Of a stretch of 64,000 nt of DNA, positions 28,388-42,890 are shown piece after piece (position 1 is the first letter of the stretch; each line of letters starts with the position of its first letter). The notes under the pieces were generated by a model. The model was not told the origin of the DNA, did no database searches, and saw only the letters and a list, made by a program, of their open reading frames with translations. Location: positions 71,052,001 through 71,116,000 of the forward strand of contig OX597817.1 of NCBI GenBank assembly GCA_951406725.2. The letters are read 5' to 3'. Position numbers and translations under genes: made by a program. The DNA is from Octopus vulgaris (lineage: Eukaryota).

Positions 28388-30281
28388 ACGAAAGAGAGAA
28401 AGAGAGAAAGAGAGAGAGAGAGAAAGAAGGGGATAGAGAAAGAGCTTCCTTCAGTTTCCGTCTACCAAATCCACTCACGGACCGTTGGTCGACCAAAGGC
28501 TATAATAGAAGACACTTGCCTGGGTGTCACGCAGTAGGACTGAACCCGGAACCATGCGGTTGGGAAGCAAGCCTCTTACCACACAGCCACGCCTACGCTT
28601 ATATATCGTCTGTAAAAGACATAAATCCGAAAGAAGAAGCACACTCTAAGATATAGATATTATATATATATATATATATATATAAAACAACTACGTATGT
28701 GTATGTATGTATGCCAGAAACCTATACACTGGATAGCGAAGACAAGCTATGTCATCCCATTTAACTCTATAAATATTAATTTTTATGTATACAGAGTAAA
28801 TATTTGTGTAATTAATTCTAATAATGTTTATTTAATGTATAAAACAAAAAAGAAAATACTCTATAAATTGCCAATATTTTAATGATAGATAGGCATAGTT
28901 TTCCCGAGCCTTATAACATACGTAAATAACGTGCGATATTTGTAAACCAGCGTTCCATGATCTAAAAAAGGTAAAATTCATTGAATATAAAAGCATTAAG
29001 GCACATATGATCCTGCTATTTATTCAGTGTCATTAGAGAGTCATTAATGCGCCGGGTGTGGGGATGGGGTGTATGTGTGTAGTAAATCGCATCCCTTTTC
29101 TGATTAATCGACGTTGAAGATTTATATTTTATTTCCGATTTCTGTTTAGCTGCCAATTTTCAATCTCTTCAATCTCTGTTCGAATTGATTTTATATTCGC
29201 TGTAATGATATAGTTTTATATACTAATAAATGCCATGAAATTCATTTTTGCCATAAATCAATAAATAAAGAGTTAATAACTCATAAAGTTTGCAAATTTT
29301 GGGTAATTTTTGCCAATCGCAAGCCGCAGATACATTCATGCCTTTTCGATAGTATCAAGCCAAAAACGAGAACTCTTTTGTCTTCGAGAAAGCACGTGTT
29401 GACAAATATATTCTATTTGTGCTAAAAATATCAGCATGTGCTAAAAATATCAGCTAAATTGGCCTTAAATCACGCACACACAAATTTTTAATAAACTTTG
29501 AATTTTAGAAAATTGGCAGTCAAACTGAAAAGATCCTTATTTTCTGTGAGTTTATATGATTATGTAATAGTAATAATGAATATTTCTCTCTTTTTCTGTA
29601 TGTATCCATTTACAATAAATAAAATATGTCTTTAAACCGATCAATCACCAGACGGAAATTATCTAACGCACGCACACCATATCACACCACATAACACACA
29701 ACACAGAATACTCACTCACACTGTTGACCCAGTAGGGAGAAATGTGATATAACCACAAAATCCGTTTTCATTTTAATCCTATCGTTTTCATTTTAATCTA
29801 TCGGTTATCATTTTAACCCTATCCGTTATAAATTTAACCTTACCCGTTATCAGTTTAGCCCCAATTTATAGTTTATGATTTTAGTTGGAAATTTTCATGA
29901 AGGGAACTGTACAGCGACAATGGTGTACCGGCTGTAAATAGAGTTGACTTATATAGAATAAGAAATAAATTATTATAAGCGTAATTAAGGTGGTGACAGA
30001 ATGAATACAAATATATTATTTTATCCTTTCACTTGTTTCAGTCATTTGACTGCGGCTATGCTGGAGCACCACATGAAAAGGATTCAGGCGAAATAAATCG
30101 ACCTCAGGACTATTTAAGCGTAGTATTCATTTAATCGATCTCTTAGGCCGAGCCGCTAAGTTACGGGGACGTAATGACACCGTCACCAGGTTTCAAGCGG
30201 TAATGTGGAGGGTGAGGGGTGCAAACACAAACACAAATAGATATATACATATACATATATATACACACACACACACGCACA

Positions 30282-30345
<64 letters not shown>

Positions 30346-30758
30346 CATATACACACATGCACACATATACGACGAGCTTCTTTCAGTTTCTGTCTACCAA
30401 ATCCACTCAGAAGGCTTTGGTGGACCCAAGGCTATAATAGTAGACACTTACTGAAGGTGCCACGTAGTGGGACTGAACTCGGAACCATGTGGTTTAAGAT
30501 AAAAGCAAATTTATAATGAAGAAAATAAGTAGAATAAACATCTGAAGTTATAAGAGTAGGAAAGATGAGAAATGGTAGTTAGCCTTGAACATATTATGAA
30601 TATAGACGCAGGCGTGACTGTGTGGTAAGAAGCTTGCGTCCCAACCACATGGTTCTGGGTTCAGTCTTACTGCATGGTGCCTTAGATAAATGTCTTCTGC
30701 TTTGGCCTCGGAAAGCCAAAAGCTTTATGAGTGAATTTGGTAGATAGAAACTGAAAAA

Positions 30759-30792
<34 letters not shown>

Positions 30793-31597
30793 CGTGTGTG
30801 TTCCCGTATGTGTGTGTGAGTCAAGGGGACAGAGGTGAGTTAAAATGATCAGACAATGAAATAAACTAATTAGAACGTGAACTAAATGACGCTGCAATAT
30901 CGTGCCATCGCACTGATATTAGACAGAACATTAATATTAAATGCTTACACACACAAATACATACATACATACATACATACATACATACATACATACATAC
31001 ATACATACATACATACATACATACATACATACATACATACATACGTACATACATACGTACATGCATGCGTACGTTCATACCTACCTACCTACCTATTTAC
31101 ATAGAGGGGACAAACAAGGACAGACAAACGGATTAAGTCGATTGTATCGACCCCAGTGCATAACTGGTACCTACCTACCTACCTACCTACCTACCTACCT
31201 ACCTACCTACCTATCTACCTACCAACCTACATACATACATACATACATACATACATACATACATACAAGCATACATACATACATGCATACATACATATAT
31301 ACATACATGCATATATACATACATACAAACATACATACATACATGCATACATGCATACATACATACACACATACACACACATACATACATACATACATAC
31401 ATACATACATACATACATACATACACACATACATACATACATACATACATGCATATATACATACAAACATACATACATGCATACATGCATAGATACATAC
31501 ATACATGCATACATACATACATACATACATACATACATACATACATACATACATACATACATACATACAAGCATACATACGAACACATATGCATATA

Positions 31598-32896
31598 CGA
31601 GGGGCGATCAATAAGTAATGCCCCTGACCCACTTCCCATAGCAGTAGAGCAACGAAACTTGGCACAGTTATTAGTCTTTTTCTACATAGGAACCACCCAG
31701 AGTTACGCATTTCTCCCATTGTTTGATGCAGCTCTGGAGACCGTTTTTGTAGAAGACCCCAGCTTGGTCCTCCAACCTGAACGTGACTTCAGAAATCAAG
31801 GCTGCATCATCTGGGAAACGCTTTCCTTTCAAAAACAACTTCATGACTGGGAAGAGGTGAAAATCAGAGGGTGCAAGGTCAGGAAAGTAGGGGGATGGGG
31901 AGGAGTTCATAGCCATACACCTGTGCTTCTGATCTGGCGACAAGCGAGTTGTGGACCGGAGCGTTGTCCTGCAGGAGGGGGATGCCTTTGCTGTTATTGC
32001 CCCGCATCTTGATTTTGATAACTTCTCTTAATTTCCTCAAAAGTGAAGCATAATAGGCTCCTGCAATTGTGGTACCCTTTGCCAGGAAATCTGTCATCAC
32101 TACTCCGTCCTGGTCCCAGAAGACTGTGAGCATGACCTTGCCAGCGGAGGGCTGCACCCTTGCCTTCTTTGGAGGGGGTGAGTCACGGTGCTTCCACTGC
32201 ATTGACTGGGCTTTGGTCTCTGGATCATCGTGATGGACCCAGGTTTCATCCTGTGTAATCAGTCTTTTGAAAAATTTTGACTCATCTTCTTGGCACATCT
32301 CAAAATTCACCCTCGAGCACTCGACGCGTTCTTGCTTCTGGAAAGGCGTGAGCAACCTGGGAATCCATCTGGCAGACACCTTTTGCATATGCAAATGGTC
32401 ATGAATGATAGTTTCCACAGACCCGGTACTAATCTTGACCTCATGGGCTATTTGGCGAATAATTATGCGTCGATCTTCCAAAATGGCAGCCTCAACTTGA
32501 CGGACAGATGCCTCATCAATGGCAGAAGGGGCGACCAGATCTGGGAGCTGTTTCCAGGGAGTTCCGACCATGTTTGAATTCACGATGCCAGCGTTTTACA
32601 AGGTCATATGATGGGGCATCATCACCATAAGTTACTTTCATTTCATCAAAAGTCTCCCGTGGTGTGCGTCCTTTCAAATACAAAAACCGGATCACTGCTC
32701 GACACTCAACAGGCTCCATTTCACCTGTAAATCGGTCCAAACACCTGTAAATCAGAAACCACAATTAACCACAATTAATTCAGAGCTGTAATTTGCCACT
32801 TACTCTATAGAGATATAAATGATTGCACATGCATAATTTCAGCTAGATCAAACAACTGCAAGTGGGTCAGAGGCATTACTTATTGAACGTCCCTCG
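31598..32896 (-). mobile_element. Full-length mariner (DD34D, irritans-like), frameshifted transposase
   Basis: About 37-bp TIRs CGAGGGGCGATCAATAAGTAATGCCCCTGACCCACTT, TA TSDs; MEPVECRAVIRFL, WIPRLL, TQDETW, QDNAPVH, PYFPDLAPSDF spread over three frames. Confidence 0.95.
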
Positions 32897-32949
32897 TACA
32901 TGCATTGATATAAATGAGCATGCGCGTATATGTGCTCTTCTTTTTTTTA

Positions 32950-33474
32950 GTTATTTGAATCCTTCCAACGTTACAATGCTCCATCGTTGGCGTGTACATA
33001 ACAAAAATAATGTAGCGTGTTGAATCTGGGAACAGTTTTGCCTATTTTTACCGTTCCATTTACTGATTGTGTTGAATGTGCATGTTACATTCCCCGTCAG
33101 ATATGGAGGTAACAGTCATTGATGGAGATGTTAGTACTACGGTTTATAGTTTAAGGCGGCGAGCTGGCAGAATCGTTAGCACGCCGGGCGAAATGCTTAG
33201 CGATATTTCGTCTGCCGCTACGTTCTGAGATCAAATTACGCCGAGGTCGACTTTGCCTTTCATCCTTTCGGGGTCGATTAAATAAGTACTAGTTACCTAC
33301 TGGGGTCGATATAATCGACTTAATCCGTTTGTCTGTCCTTGCTTGTCGGGTCTGTGTTTAGCCCACTGTGGGTAGTAAAGAAATAGGTTTATAGTTTCCC
33401 CCCTTTTCACAACCATATAACAACATTTATCCTGACCAAACTCCAACTCTACATCCTTTGAGAATGTTATAACT
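32950..33474 (-). pseudogene. R4-like RT fragment next to a long (CATA)n tract, interrupted by a SINE B (33154-33387; TSD ggtttatagttt)
   Basis: IVITFSKDVELEFGQDKCCYMVVKRGETIN resembles R4-clade FSxDIxMxFGxDKC. Confidence 0.6.
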
Positions 33475-36254
33475 ATGTATGTATGTATGTATGTATGTAT
33501 GTATGTATGTATGTATGTATGTATGTATGTATGTATGTATGTATGTATGTATGTATGTATGTATGTATGTATGTATGTATGTATGTATGTATGTATGTAT
33601 GTATGTATGTATGTATGTATGTATGTATGTATGTATGTATGTATGTATGTATGTATGTATGTATGTATGTATGTATGTATGTATGTATGTATGTATGTAT
33701 GTATGTATGTATGTATGTATGTATGTATGTATGTATGTATGTATGTATGTATGTATGTATGTATGTACGTGTATGTGTGTATGTGTGTGTATTCATGTTT
33801 GTACGTGTCTATATGCGTTTGCACATTGTGCCTATATTTACACGTAACATTTGGACGTAAGTAAGGCTGACTCGTTAAAAGCTTTGCGCTGCAATCATGT
33901 TCTCTGGAATCGATCGCACTTCTTAGTCTTTTAAACAAATGATCTTAACAATAATTTTGTATGAAACCTAGGCTCTAACTGAAATTGGTAGGCAAAAGGT
34001 GTGTGGGAGCCCGTCAGATGGACTCTCTGAATCTGTAACTGAAAGACACGCTTTGATACACGTGCTGTCAAGCTATTCTGTTTGAGAATTCCGTGAAGGA
34101 TACAAGTATCTATTGGAATACTCAACCAGTTAGGCTCATTCAGAGTGTAGGTAGCAAGTGCCCTTCGAAAAACTGGTAAATTCATCATCGACACCAATGG
34201 AAGTTTATTAATGTTTGTTTACAAATGTGTGTTTATTAATTGTTATTACATTTTAAATATATGTCAAATTACAGAGGGTAAAAACAAGACTTCAGCTGTG
34301 ATTTCCCTCGTATGACGATGATTAAGCAGAGGGAAAGGCCGGAGAGGGGAAGAAATAGGTAAGAGAGGGAGAGTAGATGAAAGAGAGAGAAAGAAAGCGA
34401 GAGGGGCAACGAGAGAGTGTGAGAGAAAGTGACTGATAGAAATTTTACAAAGATAGGGATATTTATTCGCTTACACTTTCAATTATTTACTAACACAATG
34501 CAAACACACATGAACACGCACACATGTATATACATACATGCACAGATATATACGCATACATGAATACACAAACACAAACACACACACACACGAAATAATA
34601 CTGGCTAACGTTACTCTTAAAACCTCTGTAAAACATAAGCATAATAGATTCGAGATAATAATCTGGGACTGAGAAAAGAAAGTGTGCACAGTCATGAAAA
34701 TTAGTTGGAAACTAGGGGAAATTGGAGGAAATCAGAAATTAAGAGGAAATTAGTAGCAAAAATACAGTACATCTCACCAATGTTAAAAATATATGGAAAA
34801 AGAAAGCATTTATGCTGAATAATGAAAAATCTGCTGACACAACTGGATTATAACTTTATGTCTATAGATCTAGATTTGTAATTATCGAGAAACTTAGATA
34901 TGATAGCTGTCTCGCAGGAATAAGACACGACTAATTAGAAAATCAGTTGCTAGGTAAAATACATCAGAAGCTTAACCTCTAATAAATGCATATGCACATG
35001 TTAGATACATAAACATTCGTATATTCATAAGTACATATATAAGTGCATTCATACACACTCACATACATACATTCCTAGATAAGTCAAAACAGAAATTCAC
35101 ATGTGCAGTGTTTCTCATACTTGTACGCATACAAGTGCACAGCTGGCGGTTATCGATTTGCTACCAAGTATGACCAAATTTTGCACTAAAATGACCGATT
35201 TGGTGATCAACCGTATAGCAAATCTAAGACTCAACTTCCAAGATATCAGCGGCACTTAAACAGTACTATATCCTGACTTCTCCCCACAACCGAGAAAACT
35301 ACGAAAGTGGCGGTATTTCTTTGTCAGAGGCGTGCATGACATACCAAGCGAAAGATCTGTTGTCATTTAGTGTTTCCAAGAATCCTGTAATGCTATTTGT
35401 GATTGGGTAGAATAACAAAAAAAAAAAGAGGGCAAAACCTATCGGCATGTTAATTTTTATTGTGACAAAGCCTTGCGCGATACGTGATCCATTTCCTAAA
35501 TATTTTAAGCTGTAGAAACAAGCAAAATTTCCTGCAACTACAAATATAGCAGATTTCAAGAACAGCTTCTGGTATAATGTTCGACAGGTTTCAAGCAGAA
35601 GGTTCTCATGTCTACATTTACGTACAGACGTATAAGCACGCGCGCACGCGCACACACACGTACGCACGCGCGCACTCACGCACACGCACACACACGCACG
35701 CAAACACGTATATATTCACACCAGTGGATGGCCGTTGACATGCACGACCTTAACGACCCTTTGACGAGTTTTGTTTTTCATCAGTCAAAATGTCCAAAAG
35801 AATCAACCTTCTTATCTTGCAAAATTAGCGAGGATGCCGGTTTAGTCCTCGACGTCGGATCATACGCAAAGTGTACATGCTTAAATTGTAATCAGTAGCT
35901 GGTTTCTTGTTATCAGGTTTCTGACCTGACATATACGTGAATACATACATACATACATACATACATACATACATACATACATACATACATACATACATGC
36001 ACACACATGCATGCATTCATACATACATACTCACACATACATACATACATGCATACATACATACATACATGCACAGGTACATACACACATACATACATTC
36101 ATACATATATACACACACATACATACATACATACACACACATACATACATACATACCTACATACATACATACATACAAACACACACATACATGCATACAT
36201 GCATGTATGCATACATACATACATACATACATACATACATACATACATACATAC

Positions 36255-36630
36255 AGCTCTTGTACCCGGACTATGAATTCTCATTTGTACCTAGCATCAT
36301 AAGTGCATTAGGTTATTTACCAAATTTGCACAAAAACCTAGAAACATTTGGTTTCACAAAAGTAGAGCACAAGAAACTCATACGGATCTCCAAATCCAAT
36401 CTATTAAGAGCACAATGAAGATCTGTAACACATTCCAAATATTCTCCATCTGAGATTCTTATGTGAGTAGAGGTACACACTCGGGTGTGTACAGTTCAAC
36501 CAATACACCAACTCAACAATACACTTACAAACACAGGGAAATCTCTTAACTTAAAAAAGTCTTGTCGCTTTATTAGAAACCAGCTCGAACTCTCTCAAGA
36601 AGAAATTAGATTCGACTCAAAGAAAAATCA
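36255..36630 (+). pseudogene. R4/Dong-like C-terminal fragment plus 3' UTR within (CATA)n
   Basis: QLLYPDYEFSFVPSIISALGYLPNLHKNLETFGF...; matches 5540-5697; UTR motif ttagaaacc(a/g)g shared with 5220-5315. Confidence 0.7.
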
Positions 36631-36979
36631 TGCATAGATACATAAATACAAAATTGGTTTAGTAAATAGTTATCAATCTGCGAAAGATAGGATTTTCCTG
36701 CAAAGAAAGAGATTGGTTAATATGCACTTCCCAAAGTGGAGCAGCGAGAGAAAAAGAAAATGTGCCAAACGTTTTTGAAGTTCAACATGTAACACTTATC
36801 ACGGTTGTTATCAAAATACTCGACGATGGAACTTTGTTTCTTTCCTAGAAAGAAGTCTCTTCCTTCTAGGAAAGTCTAACGAACAAAACAGGAAAAGAAA
36901 CCAGACATACATAATGCATTCACATAAAAAACCACATAGCCATCTACATACTCACGTACAAACACACACACACACACAT

Positions 36980-37016
<37 letters not shown>

Positions 37017-37029
37017 GACACATATATAT

Positions 37030-37345
37030 ATATCACCATGATCACCGTGACCAACCAGGCTATCAGATGTTGCTACACATCGCTGGTCACAATGCGCTTC
37101 GCATTGTTTTAGCCTTCAAATGACGCCACCCCGCTGGCTAAGCGAGCAGGCCAACAGAAAAAAGAGGGAGAGAAAGTTGTGGCGAAAGAATACAGCAGGG
37201 ATCGCCACCACCCCGCTGCCAGAGCTTCGTGGAGCTTTAGGTATTTTCGTTCAATAAACACTCACAACGCCCGGCCTGGGAATCGAAACCGCGATCCTAC
37301 GACCGCGAGTCCGCTGCCCTAACCACTGGGCCATTGCGCCTCCAC
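37030..37345 (-). mobile_element. tRNA-derived SINE family C
   Basis: Minus strand ggaggcgcaatggcccagtggttagggcagcggactcgcgg...ggtttcgattccc; head shared with 57152-57470. Confidence 0.88.
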
Positions 37346-37388
37346 ACACACAAATATACGCACATACACACACACACATTATATATAA

Positions 37389-37455
<67 letters not shown>

Positions 37456-37916
37456 TATATATATAATATATAGGTATAGAATGGTCCGGTTGATGAATTG
37501 TCAGTCGCTATAATTTGCACAAGTAAGTACATAAATTAAACGTCAAAGCTATCTCTAGTTCTTATCAGGAGGTACAGCTATAATCAGATAATTGAAGATC
37601 ACCCACTCGTCAGTTTTATCAATATATTATATAAGCATGTGAAAATATATGTTTTATTTGTGTGTGTGTATAAATACACTATAGACATCTATCTATATAT
37701 ATACACAAACATACATACACATACATACATACATACATACATACATACATACATACATACATACATACACACATACATACATACATACATACATACACAC
37801 ATACATACATACATGCATACATACATACATACATATATATACATAGCGAGAATTCACAAAAAAACAGAAGACGAAGACAGGCGGTGTATTAGTATAACGC
37901 TGAGGGAGTGAAAAAG

Positions 37917-37954
37917 CCTTTAACGTTTCGTGCCTACGCTCTTCCACAAAAAGG
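37917..37954 (-). ncRNA. Degenerate minimal hammerhead motif
   Basis: Minus strand CCTTT-TTGTGGA-A-GAGC[gtag]GCAC-GAAA-CG-TT-AAAGG; correct architecture but two core substitutions and a stem II mismatch. Confidence 0.45.
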
Positions 37955-38134
37955 AACACAGAAAGAAACATAGAAAGAAAATAAAGAATGTGTGGTGGCT
38001 CTACGTATTTATGTATGAATGTATATGCACCTACATATTCTCACGCAAACACACACATGTACATGTACATATGCACAAAAACTCTTATGTAAGTAAACAC
38101 AGAGAGAAACATTTAAAATAAGTGTTCCTAACGA

Positions 38135-38822
38135 AACAACGAAAGACACAAATGGAAAACGAAACAAACATAAAGAACGACCCTTCATCAGTTGTTGGCT
38201 GTTTCTCTAGTCTCGTATTTCGAGCACTTAACAACAATATACGCTTTCGATAAAACAGTTGTTCCTGCAAAGCAAATTAAATAAAATTTGGGATTTTGCG
38301 GAGGGTCAAGTGAGTTTTATCTTAATAATTCTGATGCGCACTCTATTTGCTCTTTTTACTCCTTCGTCTTTTCCCTCTCTTATTCTTTTTCCTCCTCTTC
38401 TCCCATTATGCTATCCTATTACTGTATCAGTCTCTCTACCTCACTCCTCCTCCCTTGCTCACATGGCTCTCACGTGACCATCGGCCATCTTTCTTTCTTT
38501 TTCTCCGTTGTAGCTGAAACAAGAAAGACGTGTTCTTGTTTGTCTCTTGCCCTAGCTTGATTTACGTGTTCACCACCACAACCTCGTCTAGACTTAGCAG
38601 TCCTTCCTGTTTGTTTTCACTGTCCCGTTTGTGTAACCAATTTTAACCCACCGCAAAATCCCAAATTTTATTGAATTTGCTTTGCGGGAGCATCTGTTTT
38701 AACGACAGTGTATATTCTTGTTAAATGCTCGAACCACGAGAGTAGAAAAACAGCCAACAACTGGTGAAAGGTATTTCTTTATATTTGGTTTGTTTTCCAT
38801 TTGTGTCTTTCGTTGTTCGAAA
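38135..38822. mobile_element. Unclassified element with diverged inverted repeats of about 170 bp
   Basis: About 38135-38306 versus 38645-38822 reverse-complementary (ttgggattttgcgg / ccgcaaaatcccaa); pyrimidine-rich spacer. Confidence 0.75.
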
Positions 38823-38995
38823 GAATAATTCATGTTCCATGTACTCGTGCTTCGTACATTTTGTTGTACACGTTTCATGACATCCGGTGCCCATATACGC
38901 ACACACACACACACATACACACACACATATATATACTTATAGATGTAAGTATGTACATATAAATATGTATATATGCATATATATATAAATATATA

Positions 38996-39038
<43 letters not shown>

Positions 39039-39110
39039 TATATTATTATATGATTGAACTCCACGCATCCTCTTCCAAGTAAGTTTTATCTAGCTATCTA
39101 TCTGTCTATC

Positions 39111-39176
<66 letters not shown>

Positions 39177-39619
39177 CATACACACACACATGTATGAGCG
39201 AGTGAACTACCGAAAGAAAGTGTCACTCAACACATTATTTAATAACAGTTTTTAATTGGTCTCCATGCAATTTAAAGTTTCGTAGGCTCGTCAAACAAAC
39301 CTATCTTGATATATATAAGCTGTAATACTGCTATCAGATTAAATAGTGATACTTTGAAATCGTTTAATGCGTACGTTTCAGATTTATATAATTTACAATA
39401 AGAAATGCATCCACTACTCAAAACTTCCTCAGTTGAGGGTGGTTTGCGTAATGGATGCATTCCCCATTATATATGATGCAAATCTGAAACACGTATTAAA
39501 CAATTTCAAAATATCACTACTTAGTTTGACTTCATTATTATAACTTATACAACACGTCGGTTATTCGTATACTCTAATAACGGTTAATGCTTTGAAGCAT
39601 ATTTCAACAAAGTCAAATC

Positions 39620-40460
39620 CTTTTTCCAACTCTGGGAATATATTAATGATGAATGATTTTAACTTTCTTTATGTGAACTGGACTACAAATACACTGAAAT
39701 AAAATAATTTCTTCTCAACACTGGACAAACAGCTGTAGAACTGTTATTTAATTTAATGGATGAGTTTTGTCCATCCCAAATTGTATTTGAGTCAGCAAAA
39801 CAAAACAAAAATATCTTAGATCTGACATTTAAAAGTAATCGATAATATTTCGGTTGAAAAAGTTCTTCTCTGACCATGGCATGATACTAAGCAACCTTAG
39901 TTTCCGGTATGCCAAAGCGAAATCACTCACTCTCACCCCAAAATACCCGATTCACAAAGCAGGCTTTGTAGTTATTGGAAAAGATCTGTTGCTTAATGAC
40001 CAATCCTTCACTTACACGTCCTTTGATACTGAAGCAATATGGTAAAGGTTTGAGAATATTGTTCAAAACACGGTCCTACGAAACTCATTCGAACTAATAA
40101 AAGTAGGACCCAAAGAGAGAAAAACCATTTATCAGGAGAATCAAACGACTTAATTAAAAACTGAACTATTTAAATTACTACCACAAACAGCTTCTACAAT
40201 CGATGGCAATAAGAACATTTTAATTAGGGAAAATATCTGCAGAGCAACATCAACGAGCTGAATTTCTAACATATTATTGCTGACGTAACGTTCAGTCTCA
40301 GACGTCATTGCAGCAATAGATGAAACCAAGCGTTATTCTACAGTAGGTCTTGAAGGACTGTTGATGCTAACTTGCATCCCCTCTAACCAATTTTTGGAGA
40401 AAATCTTTCCACTCAGGCTATCAAACGGATGTTTTTGTTTGCAAGCATTTTACGATGTTT
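39620..40460 (+). pseudogene. Highly decayed LINE (APE-type endonuclease region)
   Basis: Decayed MNDFNF, KNILDL and FSDHGM motifs in the expected order. Confidence 0.45.
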
Positions 40461-40469
40461 CTGCGTATA

Positions 40470-41260
40470 GCAACTGCACTGTCCTAAATACGTAAATTCC
40501 ATTTAAATGTTGTCGTAGATTGGAACTTGTCAGAGGGGACCATCATCTGATCAGAACTGGACTATTTTTCTGTCCCTGATGGAGAAACATGGGTTTTGAC
40601 GTGTAATTTGGCCTGCGTCAGCCTTGCCCCATCTGCCTACCCGGTGGTTTATTTGTAGTACGGATCTCCAGGCATGTTCCTCACTGCGGATAAGGTCATA
40701 TTATATTTGACTGGCATTCAACAGGGTAAGCCATTGAATACCTATTTCTTTATTACCCACAAGAGGCTAAACATAGAGGGGACAAACAAGGACAGACATA
40801 GGTATTAAGTCGATTACATCGACCGCAGTGCGTAACTGGTACTTAATTTATCGACCCCGAAAGGATGAAAGGCAAAGTCGACCTCGGCGGGATTTGAACT
40901 CACAACGTAACGGCAGACGAAATACCGCTAAGCCATTGAATACCCTCCTCTTGGCTCTCGGGTTGAACAGCAACGGAACATCACTGCTCCTTTCAGCCGC
41001 TGTTATCTGGGCGTTGCGATGATAGGCGGGTCTGAAGAGAATGTCTGCTACGATCTCCGATCAGTGCTTCCTGCTCTGGCAAGTATCGATCTCGAAATTA
41101 ACTCGTCCAAGATGGAGGTCGTTAACGTCAACTGCGACGCAGAAGGCTTCGTAGCCTCCGTCTCGAACGTACAATAATTACTTCACCAGCTGCAGGTGAC
41201 CTCGCCAATCTTCCCGCCAGCCATTCGCTCTGCACTCAGGTCCAGGCCAATCGTGTATAT
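40470..41260 (+). pseudogene. Decayed CRE-like non-LTR RT fragment interrupted by SINE B
   Basis: GIQQGKPLNTLLLAL (QQGDPLGPLLF-like), IDLEINSSKME; the SINE at 40741-40932 is flanked by the repeat taagccattgaatacc. Confidence 0.5.
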
Positions 41261-41737
41261 TTGACATTACAATATGATATCAGTCGTATTCTCTGGGTAG
41301 ACAATGTATAGTAATGGTGACAAACTTGGTAGTGGAGAATACTCGAACCAGAGGATGTTAATGGCCCACGCTGTAACGGACAGGTGAGACAGGAAATGAC
41401 CAATGTAAAAGATATGAGACAGATGCTGTTTTCATGTTGTTTATTCTCAGGTGAATTCCGATTGACATTCCAGCCTCGACCATCCCATCCATTTCATATA
41501 TGGAGAAAACTCAGAATCATATTATCCAGCGTGTCGTTTTTACGACGGTAGGGCAGGGTGCTTGGATATTTGGCTGCTGTATTCAATGCACCGTGTGACC
41601 ACATACAACCTACCCTGTTAGCTATTTATATACAGCTGGTGTCCACATGGGGGCAACGTACCTAAAAGGAAATGATGTATGCATACATACAGACGACAAT
41701 ATTCATGTGAGTGTTCGTGTATAAATATATATATGTA

Positions 41738-42119
41738 CGAGCAAAACGCACCCCGTCCAATGGACAGTGCTGAGTTGTCAAACATTTAAACCAAATATTC
41801 TCAAAACAACTTGTCCGACTGTCTCATAGGCCTCCCCTTTGAGAAACACTGATTTAACCTAAATTTGAGACACCAGCAAAAGAAGAAATAAAGATAGACT
41901 TTTTTCTATTCCAAGAAAAACGATTTTACAAATGCACGTTCCCACGGCTTTATCGATCGCATTCTCACCTGGAATCGATTTTTGTAATTTTTCCATGACT
42001 TATACACGCCCTGTTACTGTCGGTATCTACATATCAAATTTGAGAGCAATCGGAAGGAGGATGCCCGAGATCCTAGAATACATACAGACAGACAGAAAGA
42101 ACGGATTTTACATAATAGA
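41738..42119 (-). mobile_element. Non-autonomous Helitron
   Basis: Minus strand A|TCTATTATGTAAAA...hairpin CTGTCCA-T-TGGACGG...CTCG|T: TC start, subterminal hairpin, CTRR-like end, A|T insertion site. Confidence 0.65.
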
Positions 42120-42182
42120 TATGTGTATGTGTGATGTGTACATGCTCCCACTCACACACACACACACACACACTCTCTCTCA

Positions 42183-42218
<36 letters not shown>

Positions 42219-42600
42219 GTTCGGAAATGTTATTGTTCGCCAGGTGAATTGATCCGAGCCCGTGTGCTGAAACGGAAAGGATTGCAGCATTGAAGACACA
42301 TATAAGTCATTCAAAAATACACATGGAGTATTAACTTCACTTAAACATTTAAAATCCAGTGTCAAGAGTTTAACACCAATTGTTCCTTTTTCATTTTATT
42401 TCTCGCTCCAGTTACCAACCTGGTCACTAACACCGTTCCACTACAGCAGAACCGAGTAAGGCTTTGTATGTTTCTGAATGGCAAATATGTGTATGTCTAT
42501 GCATGTATGTATGTATGTATGTATGTATATATAAATATATATTTATATGTATATATATGTATATACACATTTATGTATGTGTTTTGTTGTGTGTGTGTGT

Positions 42601-42639
<39 letters not shown>

Positions 42640-42642
<3 letters not shown>

Positions 42643-42890
42643 CGTTGCTATAATGTTAAACTGTCGTATGTCCAAATTTGGGTAAATGCGTTTTTTTTCA
42701 AATATTTATTTTTGCTTGCAATAGCCAGTTCTTTTGGCCAAACTATCGTATCTCCAGCTGCCTTAGAGTTCAAGATATCGAAAATTGTCAAAGTGTATTA
42801 CAACGGTATTGCTATGGAATGGTGAAACTATTTTTTTCGTTTTCTGAAAAAGCAACGTTTTCGACATACGGCACTTTTGCATAGTAGCCA

